64,000 nt of DNA from an uncultured delta proteobacterium (lineage in GTDB: Bacteria; Desulfobacterota; Binatia; UBA9968): positions 768,001 to 832,000 of the forward strand of contig CAVUZH010000003.1 in assembly GCA_963745835.1 (NCBI GenBank), read 5' to 3'. Shown one piece after another: positions 1 to 9,889 of this stretch; position 1 is the stretch's first letter; every line of letters begins with the position of its first letter. Below the pieces are notes generated by a model. That model worked only from the letters and a program-made list of their open reading frames with translations. It was not told where the DNA came from and did no database searches. The translations under genes and the position numbers were made by a program.

Positions 1-1
1 C

Positions 2-337
2 CCAAAAATCCTTGGGCATTTCGCTGATGCGCTGCCAGCGCGGAATGCCCCAAGCGAAATGGGGCACGATGGCGGCGTTGTTGACGTGCACGTCGACCTG
101 ACCAAAATGGCCGACGACCTGATCTATCATGCGTTTGACGCTCTCTTCGTCGCGCACGTCCACGCCTATCCCGAGGGTTTGGGCGAGCCGAGCAAGTTCG
201 GTCGCAGTCTTTCGAGCTGTTTCTTCGTTGATGTCGGCGATCACCACCTTTGCCTTGTGCTGTGCAAAAGTGGTCGCTGCATGGCGGCCAATCCCCTGCG
301 CGCCGCCGGTTACGATAACTACTTTTCCTTCGAGCAT
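2..337 (-). CDS. SDR family oxidoreductase (3' end runs off the window)
   Basis: Manual translation from ATG at 337 (RBS AGGAGG): MLEGKVVIVTGGAQGIGRHAA...VIADIN...DVRDEESV...VDVHVNNAAI; TGxxxGIG and NNAA motifs. Not in the ORF track. Confidence 0.9.
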   Translation of the reverse strand, partial: MLEGKVVIVTGGAQGIGRHAATTFAQHKAKVVIADINEETARKTATELARLAQTLGIGVDVRDEESVKRMIDQVVGHFGQVDVHVNNAAIVPHFAWGIPRWQRISEMPKDFW

Positions 338-715
338 GGTGAACCTCCTGAGACGTTTTCTAACGCGGCAACCGAGCGTTTGCTAGATCAGTCCTCAACT
401 GTTTCGCTCGATGCCCGAATGAACCGAGGGCCGCATCGAATGTTTCTAATTAAAGTATTTGATCGGCCAGTTTACTGTCAATCAGCATACATCACATTTG
501 CGATTCCGTTGACAAGGTGGCGGCTAAGTTGTTCGCAATTAGCGCAAAGCGAGGTGCAGCCGAGTGGCCAGTGGTGTGAGAAACGTGCTGCGCGATGCAA
601 GCGGCAGGATCTGAGACGAATCGAGTCGATTCTGCCGGAGGTCGGAAGAAAAAGAAAATAGATGGGGTCGGCTACGGGTCACCGTTGAGGCTGGTCAAAC
701 CAGCCGTGTCGGGAC

Positions 716-2986
716 TTAGGCGCCTGGGTTATTAGATCCGACAAGCGTGTTTGTGGTTTGATCCTTGAGCAAGTAATAGATTCTTTCCGCAGTGAGCGGC
801 AGCTCGAACAGGCGAATCCCCACGGCATCGGCAATGGCGTTGGCGATGGCGGCCGGCGGGCCGTTGTTGGCAAATTCGCCGATAGGCTTGGCATTCATCG
901 GCCCGACCCCGCCGTCGGAGTGCACTAAAACGGTTTTGAGCATTGGAATGTCGGCGATAGTAGGAAGCTTGTAGTCTCCCAAATTGTTGTTGACGATCCT
1001 GCCATCATTCATGATCAACTCTTCCATGATGCCCTGTCCAATACCCATTATCGTCGCACCATCGATTTGCCCTTGATGAGTCAACGGATTGATGATCGTG
1101 CCGACATCGTGAGCGGTTATCATCCGCTGGATCCGCACCACACCCGTCGCGGGATCGACTTCGACCTCGGCGACTTGCGCGCAGATGTAACTCACTTCGT
1201 CGGGATAGGGGTAGTCTTCATAAACTGTAACCTGCAGAGGATCCTTGGCTTGTGAAACCAGCCGTCGCATTGTCAGCTGCTGGTTTGGATCGTGACCTAG
1301 CCAGAACTTGCCGTTGCGGAACTCAATTTCGTCTGGCCGGCACTCCAAGGTACGCGCGGCGAACTCGAGGAGCCGCTCGCGCAATTCTCGACAGGCCTTC
1401 GACACAGCGTTTCCGGCCACGTAGGTCACGCGGCTGGCTCTGACGCCACTGTCGCGCGGCGCCGTGTCGGTATCGCCGATTACAACCCGCACCGCTTCAA
1501 CCGGGACATTCATCTGCTCGGCTACGAGTTGCCGCAAGATCGTATGAGTCCCCGAACCTTGATCGATGGTCGGGCTTAACACGACGAAAGATCCATCGGC
1601 CTCTGCGCTTAGAACAAGACCTGTGTCCCCGCCGCTGATATGCCGTGCCGAAAGCGAGATGCCGCGGCCGACATGGGCGCGAGGTTTTGAATTTTGCCAT
1701 TTAGCCGCTTTCAATGCGCCCTCTAGCACCTCACGAAATCGAACGTCGTGCAACCGATGACCGACCGCATCTTCTTCGCCTTCTGCGAGCAAATTTTTTA
1801 GCCGAAACTCCGCCGGATCGATACCAAGCTCTGCCGCGATCAGATCGGTATGGGATTCAAGAGCAAATGCCATCGCCACCGCGCCTGGGCTCCGATAGTA
1901 TCCGCCCGGCACAGTGTTGGTGTAGATCTGCAAAAATTCGAAATGGGAGTTTTCCACCCGGTAGGGAACGCCGACGTAGTGCCAGGTGGCCAGCGATGAG
2001 TTGGCTTTAAGCCCGCCGTAAGCGCCACCGGTATGGATCGCCCTCAAGGAACGGCCAACGATGCGACCGTCGCGGTTCACGCCGCTTCGTATGGTTATTA
2101 TGGTCGGATGCGCTGGATTGCCGGCCGACAATTCCTCAGCGTAATTCATGACGATTTTTACCGGCTGCGAAGATTTTTGAGCTAGAAAGTAGGCGATTGG
2201 CAGGTCGATTGCGTCTCCTTTGCCGCCGAATTCGCCACCAACATTGACCACATTGACGCAAATGCGCTCTTCCGAAATATCCAAGGCTTTGGCCATCTGG
2301 CTGCGAACCCCGAACGGATTTTTGGCCGAGACCCATACTTGGATACGATCATCGATGTCAATGCTGACGATCGCCGCGTGAGGCTCGAGATAGCCTTGAT
2401 GCCGAGCTGGTATCCTAAAGGTATGCTCTAGAACTACGTCTGCTTGATCCATCGCCTGCTCGACGTCTCCCTTACGCCATGCCAGCCGGGTTAAGCCGTT
2501 GGGCAGATCTGAAGCTAACAGTTCTTTGGGCGCGCCATCGTAGGCTGCGACATCTTCGTGTAGGCGCGGCGCATCCGGCTGCATCGCCTCCAAAGGATCA
2601 AATACAGCGGGCAATGTCTGGTAGTCTACTTCGATGAGACTTAGAGCTTCTTCGGCCGCATCTATCGATTCAGCCGCCACGGCAGCAACGCGGTCGCCAA
2701 TAAAGCGGACTTTGTCCCAACAAAGGACGGGCATGTCGCGAATCTGTTTGCCGATCAAGCAATCTTTGACGTCCGCGCCGGTGATGACGGCTTTTAATCC
2801 CTTAACTCGATGGGCTTTGCTTGTATCGATGCGCACTATCCGGGCATGGGGATAGGGGCTGCGCAAAATCTTTCCCCAGAGCAGTCCCGGTAGATGCACG
2901 TCCGCTGTATAGAGAGTCCGCCCGCTAACCTTAGCGCCACCCTCGTCACGTGTGACGGCTTCTCCGATTATCTTGAAGTCTTCCAT
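716..2986 (-). CDS. Xanthine dehydrogenase-family molybdopterin-binding (large) subunit
   Basis: 756 aa; AKVSGRTLYTAD, LRSPYPHARI, HQGYLEPH, GGEFGGK, DQGSG, HDVG..INP...GQIDG, AKPIGE motifs. Confidence 0.93.
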   Translation of the reverse strand: MEDFKIIGEAVTRDEGGAKVSGRTLYTADVHLPGLLWGKILRSPYPHARIVRIDTSKAHRVKGLKAVITGADVKDCLIGKQIRDMPVLCWDKVRFIGDRVAAVAAESIDAAEEALSLIEVDYQTLPAVFDPLEAMQPDAPRLHEDVAAYDGAPKELLASDLPNGLTRLAWRKGDVEQAMDQADVVLEHTFRIPARHQGYLEPHAAIVSIDIDDRIQVWVSAKNPFGVRSQMAKALDISEERICVNVVNVGGEFGGKGDAIDLPIAYFLAQKSSQPVKIVMNYAEELSAGNPAHPTIITIRSGVNRDGRIVGRSLRAIHTGGAYGGLKANSSLATWHYVGVPYRVENSHFEFLQIYTNTVPGGYYRSPGAVAMAFALESHTDLIAAELGIDPAEFRLKNLLAEGEEDAVGHRLHDVRFREVLEGALKAAKWQNSKPRAHVGRGISLSARHISGGDTGLVLSAEADGSFVVLSPTIDQGSGTHTILRQLVAEQMNVPVEAVRVVIGDTDTAPRDSGVRASRVTYVAGNAVSKACRELRERLLEFAARTLECRPDEIEFRNGKFWLGHDPNQQLTMRRLVSQAKDPLQVTVYEDYPYPDEVSYICAQVAEVEVDPATGVVRIQRMITAHDVGTIINPLTHQGQIDGATIMGIGQGIMEELIMNDGRIVNNNLGDYKLPTIADIPMLKTVLVHSDGGVGPMNAKPIGEFANNGPPAAIANAIADAVGIRLFELPLTAERIYYLLKDQTTNTLVGSNNPGA

Positions 2987-3154
2987 GTGAAAGCCTGCAT
3001 TTCCATGCCGTTTATTCTCGTGTCGTAAACCCGAGCGATGGTCCTCGAGAGGTTAGCGAACGTCACTTGATGGTTTGAACCGTCCAGAACTGTTTAATGG
3101 GCTCGGACGGAACCCAGCATCGCTTGTCGAGATGCCAGTTGCTATACTGCTGAC

Positions 3155-3598
3155 ATGGACTGGAAGGAGAATCTGATCGAAAGCCGGGCGCAGATCCGGC
3201 AATTGATTATGAAGACCCGCCGCATCGCCGTTCTGGGTATCAAGACAGAAGCGCAGGCGGGTCAACCATCGGTGTACGTGCCGCAGTATCTGCTTCGATC
3301 CGGCTTCGAGATTATTCCGGTTCCGGTCTATTACCCCGAGGTCACAGAGATCCTTGGGATCACGGTCTATCGGCGCCTGGTTGACGTTCCCGGGGAAATC
3401 GATCTTGTCGATGTCTTTAGACGACCGCAGGATATCGATGGCCACATAGACGATATTCTGTCCAAGAACCCGAAAGCCGTGTGGTTTCAATCCGGTATTC
3501 GCAACGAGCCAGCCGCCGAAACGTTGGCTCGGGCGGGCATTCAGGTCGTGCAGGATCGCTGTTTGATGGTCGAACATCGCTCGATAGCGGCTAGATGA
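3155..3598 (+). CDS. CoA-binding protein (YccU-like)
   Basis: RIAVLG, IIPV, IDLVDVFR, PKAVWFQSGI, VVQDRC motifs. Confidence 0.9.
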   Translation: MDWKENLIESRAQIRQLIMKTRRIAVLGIKTEAQAGQPSVYVPQYLLRSGFEIIPVPVYYPEVTEILGITVYRRLVDVPGEIDLVDVFRRPQDIDGHIDDILSKNPKAVWFQSGIRNEPAAETLARAGIQVVQDRCLMVEHRSIAAR

Positions 3599-3605
3599 CC
3601 TAACT

Positions 3606-4742
3606 TTATCGTCCGGCTTTGAGTTGCTTCATAAACCAATCAGCAATGTAGGTGCGTCGATCGAAACGCTTTTCACCATGGCCGACCCCATCCAGCATTG
3701 AGCGATCCGGCGAATTGATAGCCATCTCATAGAGCTTAAGCGCGCCCCGTGGATCCATCACGCGATCATCATGGCTGTAGCCGACCAGCAGGGGGCATTC
3801 GATTCTATTAGCCCGACCTTCCAGAGTGAATTCCTTTATCCTCTCTCTTGCTTGGGGTAAATCTTTGGCGCCGATCAGCCATCGCAAACGATCTTGGATC
3901 GGCGGGTAGTAATCGAAAATATCATGGATTAGATCATAGGCGCCGCTCCATACGGCGACCGCCTTGATGCGCTTTTCCGCAGTAGCGCAGCGGGGACCGG
4001 AATAGCCGCCCATGCTCGACCCGTGCAGGCCAATGCGATCGGCGTCCACGTCAGGGCGAGTAACCAGGTAGTCGATGACCGCTTTCGCCACGCGTTCGGA
4101 ATCCGGCGGCGCATAGAGTTTTCTCTCCCGCAGCGCGCCCCCGTGGCCCGGTCCATCGACATCGATGAAATGCATGCCGCGGCGCACGTACTGACCGGCG
4201 CCGCCGTCTTCGCCTCTCAAGAGAATGCCGTCGGCGCCGCCGTAGTTGTAAACCGCCGGCAAGCGAGCTCCCGCTCTGCCGCGGCCAGGGAAAAAAAGCG
4301 TCTCGAGGAGGTGCCCCTCATACGGGATCTTCACGCGTTCAAAAGGGGCGGGCACAAGGCTCCATGCCTTGTCGAAAGTTTCCTGAAGCTTGCCGTAGGT
4401 AGGGAGCATTCGAGAATCGGTGTCCGGCAGATAGACGAGCGCCCGACGGTAAAAATCCGCAGCACGCAAGTAAAACTCGTGCGCAGTGACATTGCGCTGT
4501 TGAGCAACGAATCCCGCGGCAAGCTCTTCGTTCTTGGCCGCCATCGCGCTCCATTCTGAATACCAGCTTTGGAGATTGTACGGCTTGACGGTCCGAGCAA
4601 CCCGGCGAATGTCTGGGTCCGGGTGATTGGCTGAAATCTCCATGCGCACTTCCAGCTGTCCACCACCCGGTAGGCCGCTAGCCGGAAACAACGCTCGTTC
4701 CGCAGCATCCTTATCTAAAACATCGCCGCCCTGATCGGCCAT
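3606..4742 (-). CDS. Alpha/beta hydrolase, FrsA / 2,6-dihydroxypseudooxynicotine hydrolase-like
   Basis: ERVKIPYEG, GGADG, VDGPGHG, nucleophile elbow GSSMGGY, CPLLV, C-terminal GH; RBS GGAGG upstream. Confidence 0.85.
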   Translation of the reverse strand: MADQGGDVLDKDAAERALFPASGLPGGGQLEVRMEISANHPDPDIRRVARTVKPYNLQSWYSEWSAMAAKNEELAAGFVAQQRNVTAHEFYLRAADFYRRALVYLPDTDSRMLPTYGKLQETFDKAWSLVPAPFERVKIPYEGHLLETLFFPGRGRAGARLPAVYNYGGADGILLRGEDGGAGQYVRRGMHFIDVDGPGHGGALRERKLYAPPDSERVAKAVIDYLVTRPDVDADRIGLHGSSMGGYSGPRCATAEKRIKAVAVWSGAYDLIHDIFDYYPPIQDRLRWLIGAKDLPQARERIKEFTLEGRANRIECPLLVGYSHDDRVMDPRGALKLYEMAINSPDRSMLDGVGHGEKRFDRRTYIADWFMKQLKAGR

Positions 4743-4987
4743 AAGTTACCTCCGTCATTTAAATCGGTACCGGCTTGGATTGTCTTGCCCCAGACCGGCC
4801 TAAAATTCAACGGCACAGCCGGCGAGTGAGGAAATTCTTGACGTGGTGGGATCTATCTAACGCGAATCTCGCGATCCATTTGCACCAGCGCCAGTGCGAA
4901 ATGGTGATTGCTGTTGTCAGTTTCGAACGCGAAGCTAAAAGCGTAATCAGAGACTATAAAGTTCGGCGGTCTGATTTCGGGTTGCCA

Positions 4988-5758
4988 TTAGGTGCCGCAA
5001 TGCAGACGCCTGCAGGCTAAAACGAAAGACGAAAGAATCCTTCGCTGGACAGCCACACTCCGCGCCAGGACTTCAGGATGCCACTGCAGTCCAAGAACAA
5101 ACGAGTGCTTCTTGCTTTCGATGCCTTCGATTAGCCCATCCGGCGCGGTGGCATTGACGGCGAGATCTTTTCCTAACTTGCGGATCGCCTGATGGTGGGT
5201 CGTGTTGACGTTCAGTGTTTGTCGGCCGCAGATTTTGTACAATAGAGTGTCGCGCGCCACTTCGACTACATGGCCGTATCTATCGCTGCGCGCCTCCTGC
5301 TGATGCTTTTGCGCGGCGGGAAGCTGCGTCGCTATGTCCTGGTAAAGCGATCCTCCAAGGGCGACATTGATCGCTTGTGCGCCGCCGCAGATCCCAAGCA
5401 TCGGCAGATCTCGGTCAAGTCCAAAGGCGATGGATTCCAATTCGGTAAAGGTTCTTTGAGAGTTGATCTTGCCGAGCTTGCCGATGGGCTGCTCGCCATA
5501 ATAAGCGGGATCAATATCAAAACCGCCGCCGCTAATGAGCAGCCCGTCGATGCGCCTCAATAGATGGCGAATCTGAGTTCGCGATCGCGAATGCGGAATA
5601 ATGATCGGCAGGCCGCCGGCGTTTTCTATGGCATCACAGTAGCGGCTCGCTAAAGAATACAGTCCTTCTCGGTTGGTTCTGGACCCGGTTTGTTCGCAGT
5701 CCGAGGAATCGGCGGTGATGCCGATTACCGGAAGGCGGCTCGTTCGCGCCTGGCTCAT
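4988..5758 (-). CDS. Gamma-glutamyl-gamma-aminobutyrate hydrolase family (peptidase C26, PuuD-like)
   Basis: PVIGIT, DGLLISGG.DIDP..YG, LGICGGAQ, NTTHHQA, GLQWHPE. Confidence 0.92.
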   Translation of the reverse strand: MSQARTSRLPVIGITADSSDCEQTGSRTNREGLYSLASRYCDAIENAGGLPIIIPHSRSRTQIRHLLRRIDGLLISGGGFDIDPAYYGEQPIGKLGKINSQRTFTELESIAFGLDRDLPMLGICGGAQAINVALGGSLYQDIATQLPAAQKHQQEARSDRYGHVVEVARDTLLYKICGRQTLNVNTTHHQAIRKLGKDLAVNATAPDGLIEGIESKKHSFVLGLQWHPEVLARSVAVQRRILSSFVLACRRLHCGT

Positions 5759-7839
5759 TGATCCTGGGTGTATAAAGTTTTGTAGATTCGGTGATTGCGA
5801 AGAACCAGTTTAACGTATTGGCGCGTTTCGAGGTACGGAATTCGTTCGACGAATTCTTCAATATCATCCGTAACGATATCCTTTTCCCAGCGGTCTACGG
5901 CGGCTTCGCCGGCATTGTAGGCGGCTATCGCTTTAAACCAGTTATTTGAATAGCGCCGCATTAAGTTTTTCAAATAGTGAGTTCCAAGGACGACATTGAG
6001 CTCAGGGTCAAAAAGTTTTTCATTTGACGGAGGCTGTAGCCCGAGTTGTTTTGCTATGCGGGTGGCGGTCGTCGACAGCAACTGCATGAGCCCGAGAGCT
6101 GCGGCCGAAGACCGGGCGCGGGTGTCGAAAAGGCTTTCCTGCCGAATCAGCGCCACCACGAGATAGGGATCGAGCTCCGCTTCCCGCGCTTTGTTTTGGA
6201 TTGTTTCCCAGTAAGCCAACGGATAACGATGGAACAGGCGCTCGCCGGCGGATCCGGGAAGCTGCTGAGCGAGCGCCACGCTGCGAGCGAAGGCGTGACT
6301 GCTCATGTACTCATTGATCAGCAGCAGACGAAGGGGAGGATGCTGCGGGGCAATCCGGTTTACCTCGTCTAACTCGCTTACTGCGAGCGCGTGAAGTTTG
6401 AGATTGGCCAATTCGCGCGACCGGGCTAAATGAAACGCAGCCTCTGGATAAGGTCGCAGATCGAAATCGCTCGGCGCTGCCGGTTTAAGCGGCCTGCTCT
6501 GCGATGTCGCAATTCCAGCTTTAGCCAATGCTTGCGCCGCCAGAGCCTGATAGTAGGATTCTAATCCTTGATTGAAAATTTGCTGGTACAGACGGTTGGC
6601 TGTGTCATGCGCCCCCAGCTGGTGGGATGTTTTTGCCTGCCAATAGAGAGCGGCAGTCCTGTACCTTTCTTCTCTAGCGTTGCTCGCGAGCGATTTGAAG
6701 GTTCCATTTGCCTCCGCCAACTGGCCGCCGCGATAGTGCAGCCAAGCCAGACGCCAGATTGCATCGTCGCGTACTTGGCTGTTGGGAAACTTCTTAGGCA
6801 AAGAGCGGTATAAAGGAATTGCCTCATTGCTCTTGCCTTGAGACTCCAGGATATCGGCGGCGGCAAACTGGGCTCGGTCGGCTTCGGGCCCCTCCGGATG
6901 TGCTTTGATCAAACGTGTGAAATATTCAAGAGCTTGGCTGTTGTCATTGCGGTTCCACAGAATGTTGCCGATTCGATAGAGGGCAACGGCCGCTTCCGGC
7001 CTGTCGGGAAAATTGCGGGCGATTTCCTCCAGAAGAGGCATCGCCTCGTTTCTCTTGCGGATCGAGAGATAAAGATCCGCGAGCTTGGTCAGATTTTGCA
7101 GCCGTAGCATCGGGCCGAGATCTTGATTGAGCAGCTTCTTATAGAGCGCTTCGGCCGCGGTATGCTCTCTCTCCCGAGCCAGCTGATCGGCTTCATCCGA
7201 AACCGCAGTGACTGTGTTGAGGCCAAATGTTTCGGGATATTTTTCCCGCAAGCGTGCGACTTCTCGGCGCGCTGCGGCGCTCCATCGTGAGCGCGGCGCA
7301 CTCGTTCGCTGTTCCTGGAACAGCGAATGGGCCCGGGAGACATCTCCCTGGATTTCATGCGACTGTGCCTCGATGTAGAGCGCTTCTTCCGCAATCTCCG
7401 GTTTCAGGTTCTTTTCAGTCCGCAAGGAACGCAGCGAAGCAATAGCTTGGGGATAATTCTTTTCAGCAATGTCGATCTTGATCGCTTGCAACTGAGCGCG
7501 AGCGAACCAAATACTTTGGGGATACTCCTGGCGCAGCCGGATCAGAAGATCCCGTGATGACTGCCAATCGGATTCTTCAAAAGCGATGACTGCTAAATAA
7601 TAGAGCGCATAATCTGCCAGCGGATAGGGTGCGTTTAAGCTTTGCTGGAAAAACTCCTTTGCTTGAGAGGTCAAGCCGCTCGAATAGAAGGAGTATGCGC
7701 TATCAAAACTCTGGCGAGGATCGGGTTCTTGCGAGAGAACAGTCGAGGGATGGGCGCAAAGTGTCCCAAGGAAAAGTACCGCTGCAATAGCTCTGTTGGA
7801 CATCTGGTAAAGTTTAACCAAGGTAGTGGGGGGATTCAA
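5755..7839 (-). CDS. TPR-repeat soluble lytic transglycosylase (SLT domain)
   Basis: N-terminal signal-like segment (start may be ATG 7803), multiple TPR-like repeats, C-terminal IRQES, GLMQL, AAYNAG, IPYLETRQYV. Confidence 0.92.
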   Translation of the reverse strand: MNPPTTLVKLYQMSNRAIAAVLFLGTLCAHPSTVLSQEPDPRQSFDSAYSFYSSGLTSQAKEFFQQSLNAPYPLADYALYYLAVIAFEESDWQSSRDLLIRLRQEYPQSIWFARAQLQAIKIDIAEKNYPQAIASLRSLRTEKNLKPEIAEEALYIEAQSHEIQGDVSRAHSLFQEQRTSAPRSRWSAAARREVARLREKYPETFGLNTVTAVSDEADQLAREREHTAAEALYKKLLNQDLGPMLRLQNLTKLADLYLSIRKRNEAMPLLEEIARNFPDRPEAAVALYRIGNILWNRNDNSQALEYFTRLIKAHPEGPEADRAQFAAADILESQGKSNEAIPLYRSLPKKFPNSQVRDDAIWRLAWLHYRGGQLAEANGTFKSLASNAREERYRTAALYWQAKTSHQLGAHDTANRLYQQIFNQGLESYYQALAAQALAKAGIATSQSRPLKPAAPSDFDLRPYPEAAFHLARSRELANLKLHALAVSELDEVNRIAPQHPPLRLLLINEYMSSHAFARSVALAQQLPGSAGERLFHRYPLAYWETIQNKAREAELDPYLVVALIRQESLFDTRARSSAAALGLMQLLSTTATRIAKQLGLQPPSNEKLFDPELNVVLGTHYLKNLMRRYSNNWFKAIAAYNAGEAAVDRWEKDIVTDDIEEFVERIPYLETRQYVKLVLRNHRIYKTLYTQDQ

Positions 7840-7996
7840 CGATTTTCTGTTAAGTCGCAGGCCCGCTGCTACCGGCGATCATCTTAGTGTTGTCTTTTGT
7901 TTGGATGAAAGCTAAGGTTTTTGATGGTCTCGGCTTGGAAGGATGGTCCCGAGAGAGCCCGCATCGCGACCAGATCGAGCAGCGAAGGAGAGTCGT

Positions 7997-8428
7997 TTGA
8001 AGATTGAGGGAAACTATACGTTCGATGCTCCGAGAGACCGGGTTTGGCAGGTTCTGCTCGACCCAACGGTGATGGCGCAATGCATGCCCGGCTGCGAGGC
8101 GCTCAACGAGGTCGGTCCCGATCAGTATGAAGCGACCATGAAGGTCGGTGTCGCCGCGGTTAAGGGCACCTACAAGGGTAAGGTAGCGATTAAGGACAAA
8201 CAACCTCCTTCTCATTACGTTTTGAGCGGATCCGGCTCCGGCGGTCCGGGTTTTATGCAGGGCGATGTTGCCATTGATCTGGAAGAGAGCAACGGAAAAA
8301 CCATTCTTAAGTACAGCACCGATGCTCAAGTGGGCGGCTTAATCGCTAGTATCGGCCAACGAATGTTGGGTGGGGTGGCTAAGATGATGGTGGATCAGTT
8401 TTTCAAAAAAATGGAAACCTTCATGTGA
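7997..8428 (+). CDS. coxG: CoxG / SRPBCC-family protein
   Basis: TTG start after AAGGAG; VWQVLLDP..MAQCMPG, VKGTYKGKV, VGGLIASIGQRML. Confidence 0.85.
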   Translation: MKIEGNYTFDAPRDRVWQVLLDPTVMAQCMPGCEALNEVGPDQYEATMKVGVAAVKGTYKGKVAIKDKQPPSHYVLSGSGSGGPGFMQGDVAIDLEESNGKTILKYSTDAQVGGLIASIGQRMLGGVAKMMVDQFFKKMETFM

Positions 8429-8475
8429 AGGCAGAGCCTCTTTCGGGCCGCAAAATCTCAAGTCCGAATTAAGTA

Positions 8476-9354
8476 ATGACAACCCGCCCGCCTCTGGTGA
8501 GCGTCGTCATCCCGACTTACAACCGTTGGCCGATGATCGCTGAAGCCGTCCAGTCGGTTTTGGCTCAGACGTTTAACGCCTTCGAACTCATCATCGTTGA
8601 TGATGGATCGACTGATAACACCGCTCGCTTACTGAGCTCATGCGATTGCCGTTTAAAAGTAGTTTCTCAGCCGCGGGCCGGCGTTGCCGCCGCGCGTAAT
8701 GCCGGTGTGGCGATGTCGCGGGGGAAATATATTGCATTCCTCGATTCCGATGATCTTTGGTCGCCTGCGAAGCTAGAGATTCAAGCTGATTTCATGGGAC
8801 GAAATTCTGGCGTGCACATCTGCCAGACCGAGGAGATCTGGATTCGCCAAGGGGTCAGAGTTAATCCCAAATCAAGGCACCGAAAGCCGACCGGAGATAT
8901 TTTTCAGCGCTGTCTGGAACTTTGTTTGGTCAGTCCATCCGCGGTTATGATGACGAAAGAGCTGTTCTATTGGGCAGGCGGGTTCGACGAATCGTTTCCT
9001 GTGTGTGAGGACTATGATCTCTGGCTCCGTATCGCGGTTGGTCATCCCGTTTTTCTGATCGATCGCCCGCTGGTTACCAAGCGAGGCGGGCACGCTGATC
9101 AACTGTCACGTTCTCTTTGGGGCATGGACCGGTTCCGAGCGCTGGCCATCGTCAAGCTGCTGCGCGCCGGCCTTGGTGGCGAAAAAAGACAATGGGCCCT
9201 GGACTCACTCCGGCAGAAGACATCGATACTTGCTGCCGGTGCGGCAAAAAGGGGCAAGCTCGACGAAGCCCGAAAATTCGAAGCGTTACTGGCTGAATTT
9301 TTACAAGGAGCCGGGAATGACGGCACAAGCCATTCAGGAATATGCGCTGAGTAA
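8476..9354 (+). CDS. Glycosyltransferase family 2
   Basis: VSVVIPTYNR, VDDGSTD, ARNAG, FLDSDD, EDYDLWLR. Confidence 0.93.
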   Translation: MTTRPPLVSVVIPTYNRWPMIAEAVQSVLAQTFNAFELIIVDDGSTDNTARLLSSCDCRLKVVSQPRAGVAAARNAGVAMSRGKYIAFLDSDDLWSPAKLEIQADFMGRNSGVHICQTEEIWIRQGVRVNPKSRHRKPTGDIFQRCLELCLVSPSAVMMTKELFYWAGGFDESFPVCEDYDLWLRIAVGHPVFLIDRPLVTKRGGHADQLSRSLWGMDRFRALAIVKLLRAGLGGEKRQWALDSLRQKTSILAAGAAKRGKLDEARKFEALLAEFLQGAGNDGTSHSGICAE

Positions 9355-9889
9355 AGGATTTCATCCGCACGTAAAACAGCGATGGCTTAGCTGGGATGCG
9401 AATGATGGGGCCGCGCTGCTTGAGGTCGCGCTCAGTTTGAAAGCAGGGGAAAATCATCTACGTGACCTGATGGATTGGCTGGAGGAAATTGCGCTTCGAG
9501 ACGGCATCGGGATCGGCGAACTTTTGCAGAGTAAGACAATCAGTGACATAAGAACGGACCCGCGCTTGGGACGCGCCGATCGACTCAAGCGCATCAAGGA
9601 TCAGATCAGACGAATGCGGTTCCCACGTTTGAGCCAAATCGAGGATTCAGTTCAATCAAAGATTCGTCAGCTCAAGCTGCCGTCCGCTGTCAGGGTATCG
9701 GTTCCGGCGGGACTCGAGGGTGGGGATCTGCAGGTTGAATTTACCGCGGTAAGTCCTGCTGAATTTAAGAATATTCTAGCAAAGCTCGGCGCGGCGGCAG
9801 AAAGCGAAAGCTTGGCGGAAATCTTTATGCTCTTAAACGGCTCGGCAAATGGCGAACCCGGCGCAGCGCCCAGATCATCAGCATGCTGA
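9317..9889 (+). CDS. Hypothetical helical protein, possibly related to C-terminal regions of ParB-like proteins
   Basis: ATG 9317 after AAGGAG; overlaps both the GT2 and radical SAM genes; LKRIKDQIRRMRFPRLS...VPAGLEGGDLQVEF. Family link is from memory. Confidence 0.6.
   Translation: MTAQAIQEYALSKGFHPHVKQRWLSWDANDGAALLEVALSLKAGENHLRDLMDWLEEIALRDGIGIGELLQSKTISDIRTDPRLGRADRLKRIKDQIRRMRFPRLSQIEDSVQSKIRQLKLPSAVRVSVPAGLEGGDLQVEFTAVSPAEFKNILAKLGAAAESESLAEIFMLLNGSANGEPGAAPRSSAC

Noticed and set aside
59-661. 200-aa plus-strand ORF
   Set aside because: Antisense shadow of the minus-strand SDR, which has clear motifs and an RBS.
689-705. Perfect hairpin GGCTGGT-CAA-ACCAGCC after the Mo-subunit stop, as a terminator
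   Set aside because: No adjacent U-tract on the minus strand; too weak to call.
716-2986. Aerobic CO dehydrogenase CoxL (given nearby coxG)
   Set aside because: Active-site loop YYRSPG matches neither AYxCSFR nor AYxGAGR; no coxM/coxS adjacent.
3053-3577. 174-aa minus-strand ORF (likewise 7850..8329, 58744..59418, 61352..61993)
   Set aside because: Antisense to well-supported genes; no motifs.
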